Source of the DNA: Paraphysomonas bandaiensis
Lineage: Eukaryota; Protista; Chrysophyceae
Direction: 5' to 3'
DNA: 64,000 nucleotides
Assembly: GCA_965644295.1 (NCBI GenBank)
Contig: CBFFRP010000134.1
Location: 1-64,000 of the forward strand
Shown one piece after another: positions 51,262-64,000 of the stretch (the first letter of the stretch is position 1; the number at the start of each line of letters is the position of its first letter). Under the pieces are notes generated by a model. It searched no databases and was not told the origin of the DNA. It worked only from the letters and a program-made list of their open reading frames with translations. The translations under genes were made by a program, and so were the position numbers.

Positions 51262-54200
51262 ATGAAACACGCATGTCCATTCTCTATGTGCTATATATGG
51301 AGGTTATTGGTGTTGTCAGTCATTATCATTCTCTTTAGTAATGGATCTGAAATCACTATACATGTCGGAAGTGGTGCAGATGGAGCAGATGGAGCGGATA
51401 CGTGTAATTCAACCTCTATTGCCTACAACACAGAGACATGTACATTGCGATTAGCGTGGAGTTACTGCCTCCAAACCGCTTCACTCTACCATCGATGTAA
51501 TATCGTTTTAGATGAGAGTATCATTTACTTAAACGCATCTTATGGGGAGCTTACTCTTCAGGCGAATAGCAGTATAAATATTGAGGGTAATGGCGCAACA
51601 GTGCTCCATGTCCCCGATGTGTTTAGCCTTCACTATCGCGCGATTGTTTACACTACAAATATTTCGAGTACTGTTACACCTACCCTTAACATGTCAAACG
51701 TATCGTTTGTAGGGTTCGGGAGCGTCAAGACTAATGGAGGTTGAAATCTCTCTGTATCAATGAATAATTAACATTTCTTACAGGTGCAATATTTGCTGAT
51801 GGAGATTGTACATTATACTGGGAAAATGTGACATTTCGGTCGTGCGTGGGAAATATAGGGGGTGCTGTGTACTTGAGTTCTAACAGTCGAGGGCCAATTC
51901 TGGTGGGATGTGAGTTTTTTCGTAACTCGGCTGTCTTCGGGGGTTCACTAGCAGTAGAGAGTGTGGAACACCTGCAACTGCTAGGTTCAACTCTATCGTT
52001 TTCATCAGCACTTTCTGAAGGAGGATGTGTATATATCGGATCCGATAACGTTGGATTGACAATGACGGAGTTAGTTTTCTCATACTGTGAGGCCAGTGCA
52101 TTTGGTGGTGGTGTTCTGATTGGCACCCAGAACGACAACTTGCTGTTGAGCAATGTATCAGTGACATACTGCTCTGCCGCTTCGGGTGGTGGTATACTGA
52201 TAGACCGAGACAATGTAAACATTCGGATTGAAGATATAACTGTCGACAGCTGCCGAGCAGTGAATGGAGGGGGCGTGCTTATTAATGAGGGGAACTCAGA
52301 TTGCTACATTACGGAAGCAGTAGTTATGTTTTGCGTAGCTGCTGGTGGATCAGGGGGCGGCATGATACTAGGAAGTTTCAACAACAACTTCACAATAGTA
52401 GACTCTTTGTTGGCTTATAATCAAGCATCAGGGTATGCGGGTGGGATAGGCTTCCCACAAAACTCGTTTACTATGAATATAACTATTGACAGTTTGGTGG
52501 TCGAGTATTGCGTGGCGGGGCTGGGGGGTGGGATATTGTTTGGGTCATATGTATCAGATGCATCTATTATTAGCACACATATTGTGGGTTGTGCCACACT
52601 TCTGTCTGGTGGCGGAATGGCTATTGGACAAGAAATTGTTGGACTGACTATATTGGGGTCATCAATCACGGACTGCACTTCAGAAACTGAAACAGGGGGA
52701 GCTTTGGTCGTGGATAAGTCAAACTACGACCTCTTATTTCAGGAGTCTATATTCAGCGGTAACTACGCTAAGAAGGCGGGTGGTGCTGTACAAGTTGTTG
52801 ATTTTAATGATGGGATTACGTTTGCTGGGTGTGATTTCATTTTTAATGCCGCAGAATATGGGGGAGGGGTATACGTTTCGAAAGACACGGATAATTTTGT
52901 AGTATTAGACACAGAGGGGTCTAACAACCGCCTCGTGGTTGAGACATCACACCCATACACTGCTGGTTCTCCCACTGAAGAAAATCCGTATTACATCATT
53001 ATGAATCAGACCGTCATTGTGAGTAATGCGTCCGAATTGATTCTGTTGTTTGATAGAAGAACTGCTTTTGGCAACACTGAAGTACTGACAATATATGATT
53101 CCGAAAGTCGAACTGTCGAACTATACCGCTTTATTCAGTCATTTCCGGAAAATACCCCCGGCATAGATATTCCGTCCATTCGAATTTCAGGAACTTCTTT
53201 CTACATGGAATTTGTAACTTCGTATGCCATGAGCGCTTCTGGTGTGTCTGCTTCGACAAGTGGGTATGGTATCCGAATGTATGTATACCCTGTGTTCTCA
53301 ACGTACGCAAAACCAAGTAATTTTTTCGGTAACTTTGCAAGAAAAGATGGTGGTGCGGTTGAATTAAAATCGAATATTGCGTTTCCTCTATTTATTAACA
53401 CAATTGTTTCTCATAATACCGCTATCCGAGATGGTGGAGGGTTATACTTTCGAAGCAATGTACCGGGTACATCCATTCAACAGGTTACCTTCATCGAGAA
53501 TGAGTCAGGTCTGGGTGGTGGGGCTTTAATGCTACAGTCTGCACATGAGGGATATATCATTAAAGACTGTGCGTTCGTAAGAAACGAAGGTGTTTTGGGT
53601 GGTGCAATATCTATGTCTTCATTGAATGGAATTGAAGACGGGGTGTTTGTTGCGGATCCCCACATTGTCATTGTTGGGTGTGTTTTTTCCTATAATACTG
53701 CTGAATTAGGAGGTGCGGTATATTTCGGCAAGCAAAATAGTGTTGTTATTGATGATTGCTACTTTCATTTGAACATTGCACTTGCCGGAGGAGGTGGCGG
53801 GGTGATGGCTGAATCCCTCAACACCGTACTCGTATATGGCTCTGGTTTCGTTGAAAACAAGGCTGATGAATGTGGGGGGGCATTGTTCGGGAGCAACACC
53901 AATACAATATATTTGAACGCGATTAATATGAGTAACAATGTGGCTATACGTGATGGTGGTGCTATATGTTTGAAAGGTGAATCTGATGTTACTTTCGACG
54001 GGACATCTATCATCCGAAGCAATATGGCGGGCAGAGGAGGAGGTGCATTGGCTATTTTTAATTGCCCTTTATGGTATCTTGCAGGCAGAGATTCTTCAGT
54101 CGAATTTTACGGAAACAGTGCTTTATGGGGATCTGCAGTTTTTATTAAGAGTCTTATAGTATTGTCTGACAGGGAACTCAGGAATGTATCTTTTGTTAAC

Positions 54201-56481
54201 AACAGCGCTAGTGTAGGTGGAACCTTGTACTGGCTCAAAGACGTGTTCATGTCAGAGGAGCCTCCTGGATCAAATTCCTCGATGGTTCATTATGTAAATA
54301 ACCAAGCCCCATATGGTGTCAGAACGGCTACACAAGCTGTCGCTCTGTCCGGTCCTACCCAGTATAACGTCACAATCTATCACACTGCACTACATCCATC
54401 GTTATTGTATACAATAGTGGATTATTATGGCAGCACGATTCCGCTAACAGGGTACACATCTTTGATAGCCTCTATGTTACATAGCGACTGTGATAGTGAG
54501 CTTGCTTATCTTGATGGAGCTGACTTGTATGAATCAGGGGTAGCAATGAGGAATGGTGAAGCAGAGTTTACACAACTTGAGGCATATTGTAGTCCCAATG
54601 GCACTGCGACAGTACAAATAGAAGCGCGCCTAGGAAATCTCTACGGTATCCCGGAACATATAGCATCGCCGTATTATTTAACGACAACAACAACTTTACA
54701 TTTCCGACAATGTGTGAAAGGGGAGTATGTGTTGAACGGGGAGTGCACATCATGTCCGGCGGGTACGTATAACCTCTCTCCAGGTGAGGGTTGTCGAAAG
54801 TGCACTGGCAAAGAAGGAATATCGACCTGTCAGGGTAGCAATATTGTAGTGCAGGCAGGTTTCTGGAGAAGATTCGATGTCAGTTCGATAGTGTTCGAGT
54901 GCAACACAAAGGAAAGCTGTGCTGGAGGGCCGTTGACAGGTGATGAATCTTGTGGTGAAGGTTACGAGGGCCCGCTCTGTTCAGTGTGTGCAGAAAATTA
55001 TTTCGAAAGCGATGGAGTATGTAAGAAGTGTGACGCCTCGTCGTCATTAAGAGGAATCACTATTATTATATACATGGTCATTGCCGTTTGATATGGAGAA
55101 GCCAGCGTTTATGGACCTGTTGAATGTGACAATAGCATGGATAAAACTGAAATCGGGAACTTTGACAAGCAAATTGAAAATTGTAACAGCAACACTTCAA
55201 GTAGTGGATGCTGTGTCCGTTGTAACTGCGGTCAGCTTCCCGAAGAGTTTCGCGTTGTTTACCCAAGCGTTGGACTTCTTGAGTCTTGACCTAATGAGTG
55301 CCTTACCTTGGAACTGTTCTCAGAGTTTTAACTTTATTGACTTCATGATTTTTACTACGCTTGCCCCAATCGGTATATCGCTGATTCTTGCTATTTGCTT
55401 CGTATTCGAATATATGTATAAACAAGCTTTTTGCTTGGGGACTGAACATGCCGAGAACAAATATGTTTTTGCTTTTCTGGGCTTGACTTACATTGTTCTT
55501 CCTTTCGTAACAACGACTATATTCCAAATATTTTTGTGTACGGATTTAGATCCAGAAAATGAAGATAATTTTTCAGTAGACTCGTACCTCACTGCCGACA
55601 TGACTGTATCATGTCAGTCAACCTATTATCATGTCGGTTTCATTTACGCCTGCGTAATGATTGTGGTGTATCCGATAGGAGTTTTGAGCATGTATTTGTT
55701 TTTACTTAGCAAGAATAGGTATGAAATAATGCATCGCAACACTATGCCCGGTAGAGATTCGTGGAATACAACTCACCCCCTTACTGTCCCTACGATGAGC
55801 TCAGTAGCTCCCCATTCCGCAGATACGAAATGTTTACATGGTGATAATGTGCTGTCACCAGAGGTTGAACGCCTTTCTTTTCTTTGGGAGGCATACAAAC
55901 CTGAATACTGGTGGTTTGAGATATGTGAAACATCTCGTCGTATGGTGTTGACAGCTGTAGTCAGTGTTGTCGCACCGGGAACCTCACAACAAATCGTGTT
56001 CGCAATTGCAATCGCCTTTTTATATACCAAACTATACGGGTACTTATCTCCTTATATGGAGTCTGATGACAATATTGTGTCTAGTATAGGTATAATTCAA
56101 ATCCTTGTCACATTCTTTTGTGCCCTGATTCAACATGAAGACTTGTTGGGGAGAAATTACAATGAATTTATAGGCATATTTTTAATATTTATTAACATTC
56201 AAGTAGCTGTTTTGAGCATGTACTTCGCGTTCAGAGAATGCCAAAAAGACACTATAGCTGAACTAGTGGAGGATGAGACGCCTATTGTGAAAGAGCCGTT
56301 TAGGCGACGTACCTCTGGATCGATTATAGCAGCCAATCAATTCAAATCGGCGATTGCAAAGCATAGACGGGCAACTATGGTTACGGAAAAGCGTATCACT
56401 CAGCTCTCTTTACGGGACGATAGTCCCTCTACCCGCACAGAACGAAGAACGAAATTAGAAAAAGTTGACAAAGTGCACTGA
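51262..56481 (+). CDS. Pmp-like (GGA/FxxN beta-helix) adhesin/receptor with Cys-rich region and multipass (~7 TM) domain; frame break at ~55085
   Basis: Signal peptide; many GGAx/FxxN repeats; CTSCPAGTY, GFWR, GYEGPLCSVC; TM region with YLTADMTVSC and YKPEYWWFEICE. Confidence 0.8.
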
Positions 56482-56804
56482 TTGAGTACGACGAATATTA
56501 TGACCGAAACATGGTGTAATTTGAATTCTTGAGTGTGAGCATAACTGTCGGTGTGTCAGTTTAAGTAGGACGTATCAGAACGATACAAGGAAGTGAAGTT
56601 TTAACTTCATGTCCTAGTTACCATAATGGAAGAACTTTAACAATTTTCTGATTTTGTTCATCGTCGTTGCGTAAGTGCTTGCTCTCAGAGAATACGGGAC
56701 GCCTCAGAGGCAATAAATATGCACTGGAAATTACTGACTGTGGATGTTCACAAGATTATACACTAATATATTGTGTTTTTTATAAATAATAACAATCCCT
56801 TCTT

Positions 56805-57135
56805 AGTAGTGGGTGTTAATGTCTTATTATTAGCAGTAGGCGTTTATGAATCAGAACTAACTTAACATTTACTAACTCTAGTACCTAGCTCTGATATCCT
56901 ACTAGTAAACGCTACGAAAGCTGCTTGCACCGCAAGCACCTAGGTGCAACCACTTTCGCTGTATCACTCATAGTAAAGCAGAATATTGATATACCTGACA
57001 TTTGCTGACTTAGGATTTTGGAGTCCTTGAAGGTGAACAGCCCGGATGCATGACTTTATTAGGCAGCCCAATATACCCAGGATGCCCTTGAGGTTAGTGT
57101 CTCTTGTACCACACAAGCATTCGGCTATATGCGTG
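56805..57135 (-). mobile_element. SINE-like repeat copy
   Basis: Shared tail (AGTAGGCGTTTA..CCTACTAGTAAACGCTACGAAAGCTGCTTGC..GCACCTAGGTGCAAC) followed by the CCTGACATTTGCTGACT body. Confidence 0.7.
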
Positions 57136-57145
57136 TTAGATGAAT

Positions 57146-58205
57146 ACTAGTCAAGCTAGATCGACCTCTACCAGTAAATAACTAGTACAAATTCTCATAT
57201 CCTAAATAACTTAAGGCTACAGAAGCTGCTTGTGCGTCGTCGCAAGCACTAAGGTGCAACCACTTCCGTTATTGTGTGAGGGAGAAGCTCTCTGCGGAAG
57301 TCAGTCCTTGAAGTACAGAAGGATCAGTCAGGAGGATGCCCCTTAGGACAAGGATTCTCGGGACTCTGTGGAGGAGGATTCTGTATCAGTGATTCAAGTG
57401 TCCTTTAACTGAGATACATGAACGAGGGGGTATGTTGGGACTCCTGCGTGTCTTGAAATGGCTTTTACTGCGAGTTGGGCCTTGGGCAGAGAAGTAGCTG
57501 ACGAAGTTGGCATCTCTGCTGAGGCGGGGGTGGTGGAAGAGGAAAAGGCGGGGCCACGTTATAGGCCTCCTCTTTACGCGTATAGTAAGTGGAGAAGCCG
57601 TGGCTTTCGCTGGGTGTTGCTCGAATTAAATCGCGTATTACTGCATTTTGATCGCGAGCTGGGGCAACTTCGTGTGTGTTCACGCCGCCGACGCGGTCTA
57701 GTGGGGAGTCTTTTTGTGCCCCCCTCTGGTTGGCAGCAGCATAACGCTCACTACAATCTTGGAGAATTTGTTTGGCAGCAGTATAGAGCGGTTGAAGGAG
57801 GGTAACAACTGCTGTTTCAATGGTATGTAGTCCACTTGTATTGAGGATGGTACTGTGTTCCGTAAACGCTTTCCATTGAACTTCGGTGATAGTTCCTGTC
57901 CAGAATCGTTCATCCTGCGGAAGGGAGGTACTCCAGGCTCTGCGAGAGTCTGGTGGGACTCCAAGGTGGGAGAGTTAGATCAATTAGAAGACTCCTTGTG
58001 CGGATCTTTGTATCTGAAAGGCGGATTTTCGTATCTGAGAGATGAAGCCGTGTGGGCAATCAAGAAAATATGTTTTAGAGAGTCAAGCCGAAAGCCACAA
58101 TCAACGCATCTGGCTTTGTTTAGGTCAAGTCCAAGTTTTGTTTTGGCCCTATTCCTACCATTGCTGTAGAATTTGTCCCATGTCAGAGATCGATCAGTTA
58201 GATTT
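57146..58205 (-). mobile_element. Second, diverged 3' fragment of the RNase H LINE family
   Basis: LTWDKFYSNGRNRAKTKLGLDLNKARCVDCGFRLDSLKH is homologous to the 34370 ORF; same tail GCTGCTTGTGCGTCG.CGCAAGCAC.AAGGTGCAACCACTTCCGTT. Confidence 0.75.
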
Positions 58206-58378
58206 ACGTAGGTATTATATAACATTTCTTTATACTTTATATAACTTGGTCTTTGTTTTCGTATACAAAAGATTACTGTCCCTATTTGCTAATAATATGG
58301 TATTCACTACTTCAGACTACGGTCACTACTATTTTAAAAATAATATTATTATTAGTTTTGGTTGCCGGTACTATCATT

Positions 58379-59325
58379 CAGGGATAGGGAACAATATATT
58401 GCAATACTATTGTTAGGTAGCGTTCCATCAATAGTATTGATGGATTTTTTAAACCGGCCCTACAATACTATTGCAATATATTGCAATATATTGTACAATA
58501 TATTGCAATATATTAGTATGACTAATCAGTAAGTAAACACATCCGTAGTTTTCATTTTTAGTACTTGCCATATTTTATAAGGTCTAAGGTCACTTGATAA
58601 TCAAACCCACTACTCTTAACTAATTAAAAGTTTCCTCATACTCATCCTCTGAGCCATCATCGGTGACATCATCATCACCATATTCATTCAATATTGATTG
58701 AAATATGCTTGCATCCGGCCACAACTGTCGGTTAGCTTTCAGAAACAACAGCATATTAAGTGTAGTAGGATGCATACGTTTGCGCAACACTGATATAATG
58801 ATATAAGAAAGTGTGATCCTTTAGATTGTTGTATCCATTCCGAATATTCTGTTGTCGTTTACGTCCGCAGATTTTACACTCGTGTTTGTTCGGGACACCT
58901 TCGACCGGACTCCAAAAACAGCGGTAAATGTCCCTACTCTTGTATGCACTCATCATTCAGTTGTCTCTTCTTGTCACTATAGGATATATATACTATATTA
59001 AGAGAAGTACTGTACATACATGTGGAGAGGTGTAGAGTGCTGTTTGAGCTGGCGATACATAAAAAATAGAAAATAACATCAAAAATAGGCTTTTTTTCTT
59101 ATTTTCCGGATATTTGTATACAGAGGCGTATATTTTGCACCATACAGTTGAGGATCTTCTCTTATATGACTATCATAATATTGATTGCAATATATTGCAA
59201 TAGTATTGTGAGCTCTATTAACAGAAACACTATTGATGGAATATTTGACCAGTCCACCAATCAATATATTTTACAATATATTGCAATATATTGTACAATA
59301 TATTGCAATACAATATATTGTTCCC
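58379..59325 (-). mobile_element. Non-autonomous hAT element (internal deletion derivative) with TIRs and 8-bp TSD
   Basis: TIR CAGGGATAGGGAACAATATATTG / CAATATATTGTTCCC; CTATCATT at 58371-58378 and 59326-59333; CAATATATTG subterminal arrays; BED-finger-like CKIC..GYNNLKDH abutting hAT C-terminus LRKRMHPTTLNMLLFLKAN. Confidence 0.85.
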
Positions 59326-59682
59326 CTATCATTAAGTTTGTAGACTTTCATCAATACTACTGTCATTGTGTGCATTAGTCATATACTTAGACGTTTCCTC
59401 TCATGATATCGTTTAGAATATATTGCTAAATATAGTGAAATAATACTTATCCAGTACGAGTGAAGATAGTGAAGCCTATGCCTGTACCAGTGTAGATATT
59501 AACAATACAGATGAAATATACAGTAGACACATCGGGTCATCAGTAATACTTTTATTATGTATTCAATTGAGCGACAATAATAATATGCAGCTAAAAATGA
59601 ATGGTACTAACGCATCCCCGACGTGATCGTATCGGGTATGTATAGCTACCAGCTAGCACTATGATCAACGGGCAGACTGCAT

Positions 59683-62270
59683 CTAGATATCCATTGGGGT
59701 CGAAGACTCCTCATCAGCTCCCTTTTCCTGTGCGTCTTTCTCCTGTCCACCTTTGTCCTCCGACATCTCTGCATCCTGTGTCTTTGACTCTGCCCCTGTG
59801 TCCTTAGCGTCCTCGGAAGGCGAATCCTCGCCTTTAGCATCCTTCTTGTCTTCAGATTTCTTCTCCTCTTTCTTGGGGAGAGGCTTGGGCTTGTTCATAA
59901 TATCTTTAGTTGCCGTGTGCAGCTGCTTTCTTTTGGCATTGATCATATCAACAGTCAACACAGGATCATTGTAGGACGCCAGTTCACCTTGTTTCTCTGC
60001 ACATGTATCAGTTAATACTCTACAAAATAATACACGATATAGCACTCACCTAATTGATCGTACAACCACTCCTCAACAGCCTCAGCTTCTGAACGCACCT
60101 TAGCCTTTTCTTCCGAGGTGATATGTGCTGTAGCCTCAGAAGTACCGCTGGCAAAAGTTTTACATGCCTCGACGTGTTTCTTGATCGCATCGCAGGCTTC
60201 CTGTCTGTTAATCTCTTCCCATTGGCGACGCTCCACAGGGTTACCAAATGTCTTCAATTCATCAAGCTTGGTCTGATACATACTCTTAGAGCAGTCAAAC
60301 CCGTCCTCGTAAAGCCAAGTTTCCGTCTTGTCAATTAACTCCTTGAATTGCATCTTTTCTGAGTTGGTGGCGTAGACCTTCAGCACACCATCAAGCTTAT
60401 CACGCATACCATACACGTAGGACTCTAACTCGTTTCGCTTATCTGATGTCTCGATGATGAGCTTATCAGCAAGAGCCATATGAGCCTCTGATTCAAGAGC
60501 GTCCTTAATTTGCTGACGAGTCATGCCGAAGAAAACAGTGTTCACTACAAGTTCCACTTTCTTCATACGCTTCTTCGCCGGCGCCTCCTCCTTCTTCTCG
60601 CCCTCCTTCCCTTCGCCTTCGGCAGCGGCCTCCTTATCCTTGCTTTCCTCTTGAGGAGCTGGGGGCAACTCCTCCATTAGCTGTGCACTGGATATGTTTA
60701 CACACCCATGCTTGTCCATTGCGAAGGTCACACGAACATCATGCGGGGCGGAGCGATAGTTATCTGGGATGTTGATTGTATGCGTGCCAATATGACGACC
60801 CTGGCCTGTAGGAAGGTCTGCGTCAGCAGTATACGCTGTAGTTAAAGTAAAAGTCTCAGTTTTGTTGCGGAATGTAAGACGGCGGGGTTTGCGAGGAAGG
60901 TCATCACCCTTTGAGTATATCACGATTGTGTGTTGTCCATCTGACTGCACACATTCCTCAGATACGTCCATTGCATCTTCCTTCGCTTCAGATGAAGACG
61001 TAACTTGGGACCCAGAGTCAGCCTCGTACTGAACCTCGATCGGGTACAATACTTTATCTATAATACTGAAGGGCTTTACTTTGATGCGGCTCGACTCGAT
61101 AGCACACTGAAGAGCACATCCCCTGGCAACTGCCTCATCACTGTTCATAGTTGTCTTGAGTCCATAATTAAGAGCGTTGGGATCAAGACCGAGGGCATCT
61201 CCGAGAGTCTGCTTAATGAAGTTCACACGTACGCTACCACCAACAATTTCAACGTCAGAAATTTCGCTCTTATCCAGACCAGCTTGAGCAAGGCATTCCT
61301 CTATCACTCTTCTTAGACGGGGAAACAGATCACTGCACCGACTCTCCAGTTCCTCCAGAGTAAGCTTGCAGTTGAGGTCGCGATCTTCCGCCAAGCACTC
61401 CACGTTAACATTTGCCAATGTGACTCCAGCGGGGGAGAGGGTCTTTTTAGCCTTTTCGGCTGCTGCCTCAAGTTTCTTGATGGCCTTCTTGTTCTTGCGG
61501 ACGTCAATACCCGTCTGCTTCTGGAAACATTCGGCGAGGTACTCCACAATAATGTCGTCGATATTCCGACCACCCAAGTGCTTGTCACAGGCAGAAGCAC
61601 GGACTTGAAGCTTCTCTTGGATGAAATCTACAATGGTGACTGTGTAGCAAGAGTAGCCCACATCAATGAACATGCAGTGGACAGGTTCGGTCTCTGAAAA
61701 TAGCTTTTTCGCGGATTTGTAAATACCATAGGACAGGGCAATAGCCGTACCCTCATTGACAACTTTCAGGCAGTTAAGCTCAGCAATTTCACAGGCGTGC
61801 AGGATTCCCCTTCGCTGCGAATCTGTGAACCACGCTGGAACAGCGAGAACACAGTCCCCAATGCTGACACCATTGGCACGGAAGACAATATCCTTCATTT
61901 TCGTAAGCATCATAGCCAATACATGTTCAGCTGAAATAATTGTTTCCTCATCATTGTAATCTACTTTGATGCCAACTCCACCATTAGGGAGCTTGCAGTG
62001 GTTGAAGGTAGCACGGGAGAGCTCTTTCTGCACATCTTCGTCATCATAATTCCGTCCAACAAGCAATTTCATGCAAGTAATTGTGTTGCGAATATTTGAT
62101 CGTATCATAGCAGCAGCAGCATCACCAAAAAATCTCTGTTTCCCTTGAAACGAGATGCAAGTAGCAGTTTGACGCATTGATGCATCATTGAGCACCATAT
62201 CAACACCACCTTTACCCGCTTGTGATACAAGCGCATTGAGATTACCAAAATCAATACCACACACACTCAT
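59683..62270 (-). CDS. HSP110: HSP110/SSE1-type Hsp70 family nucleotide-exchange factor, 2 exons
   Basis: MSVCGIDFGN, TAIALSYGIYK, EIVGGSVR, TMNSDEAVARGCALQCA, RNELESYVY, WLYEDG; ends PMDI. Confidence 0.95.
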
Positions 62271-62905
62271 TTTTCTAATCACCACTTAAATTATTTGTGT
62301 ACTAACAAGAATATGAAGAGGATGGAGAAGAAAATATTGTCAAGTCTACATAATTCTTCATAGAAAAAAATCGAAGTGATGTAATGAAACCTGTGGCCCC
62401 ACACTGCACAAGAGTGTCATGTGTTGTTATTTACTATAGGATCGAAGTTTCGAGAATTGACAACCTCAATTCCAGAAATATATCTTGAAGGGTTCAAGTG
62501 ACTGAAAATGAAAAGATCATATGGGAGATTTAGATGGTGTGTAGTTTGGAATACATACAGTAGTTGAGGTATGTATGATTTATTTCCATAGGAATACCGT
62601 AAATACAGAAGTGTATACTATGTATGCACAGAGGTATGTATTTGTGTTGCACGTTGACCGGGAAGCAAGTGTCGTATGCGTGTGTGAGGGTATGTATGTA
62701 TCATGCATGTACAGTCCCGTCGTATGTATATATACATATGCAGACAGCAGTGTAGTGATGGAGTATATACACATATGTGGTGTGTAAAACTGGACATTAA
62801 TAACAATCTCTATACACTTAATCATCACTCCATCCCCCCAATCCCACTCATATTTCACAGACACATTTCCATCACCAGTCACATATATTCACTACACACA
62901 TTATC

Positions 62906-64000
62906 ATGGCAGCTATTGTTGATGAAGTGCACGCACAAGTAGAGTCTGTTCTTGACGAAGATCACGGAGACTTTGTAAGAGCATCAAATGAAGATGTTAT
63001 GGTTAAAATGCTGGTCACCGATAACATTGCTGGTGCGATTATTGGTAGAGAGGGATCTACTATAATGGAACTTCAGCGTGAAACTGGAGCGCGTGTGAAA
63101 GTATCACAGGCGTCTGATTTTTTCCCTGGGACATCCGAGCGCACTATTCTTCTGGCCGGGTCGATGAACTCTGTCCTACAAGTCCAGGAACTGATATGGC
63201 AAAAAATATCGGAGGTATTTACCTCATTCTTTTTTTATTTTATTATGTGATTTTGTTTTTTAGTTCAGTAAATCACGGGACGGTTCGGGTGGACATAATA
63301 ACAATTCCGTCACTGGAAAGCTACTCATACCCTACGACTGCGGTGGACTGATAATTGGCCGCGGCGGTACTACTATCCGCTATATACAAGAAGAATCATC
63401 TGCGCGTGTACAAATTACGTCTAAGGAAAATGATGCCTCTAAAATTTCCCGGGAACGGGTGATGACTATCTCTGGCACACTCGATGCGTGCGTCAAGGCG
63501 TCTGAGCTGGTATTCCTGAAAATGATGGAAGATCCTTTAACTACTTACCACAACAAGAGTACTTCGTACCCTCGTTTGTTTCCTGGTGCCAAGCTAGGGG
63601 AGGCCGTGAATAGCCGTGTGGCTACCGCGGCTAATATGCCTGGGTTATCCCTACCCACTGGTGCTGAGACCCTATCAGCTACCTCCACCATCGAGATTGC
63701 AGGTGCAGTATGAAATATTTGTTTAGCCACCACTTCTCTTACAGTGTGTTGTAGTTCCGAATTCACTGGTGGGGTATATTTTGGGTAAACGTGGTGCCAT
63801 GATAAGAGAGATCCAGCAGATAAGTGGGGCAAAGGTTATTGTCTCAAAGCGGTAAGTTGAGCACTCCACTTATTCCAAGGTGTATGTGAATTAGATTTGT
63901 GCAGGCCTGAGCGTAAGGACGGAGAGGATGAAGCCGACAACGATGCAATTCGCACTGTAACCATTACTGGTAATCCTGCTCAGGCACAAATGGCCCAATT
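62906..64000 (+). CDS. Triple-KH-domain RNA-binding protein (Nova/PCBP-like), runs off the window end
   Basis: AGAIIGREGSTI, GLIIGRGGTTI and GGILGKRGAMI GxxG loops; short introns. Confidence 0.9.

Overview
Eukaryotic nuclear DNA with compact genes and mostly ~40-55 nt GT-AG introns, consistent with a protist (stramenopile-like by inference, not proven). About 19 protein genes were read: SERF, a VCA-type Arp2/3 activator, a PAM2 protein, an FkbM methyltransferase, a GBP1-like GTPase, a Z-alpha-domain protein, a large AK/NDPK/Dpy-30/5'-nucleotidase fusion, ARL2BP, a Par3/HAL-N protein, a Tudor-like coiled-coil protein, PUS7, an alpha/beta hydrolase, an RS-cyclophilin, two ankyrin proteins, a split Pmp-like/multipass receptor, HSP110 and a KH protein. 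There is also one tRNA-Glu and many transposon relics (RNase H LINEs, a SINE-like family sharing their structured 3' tail, hAT relics, a Tc1/mariner micro-MITE, a copia-like gag relic). The top finding is a head-to-head GBP1-like gene and Z-alpha (Z-DNA/Z-RNA-binding) gene whose shared intergenic space is almost entirely a 1.27-kb alternating pyrimidine-purine (TATG)n tract, a candidate Z-DNA-linked innate-immunity-like module. All domain calls are by-eye motif recognition; no searches were run.
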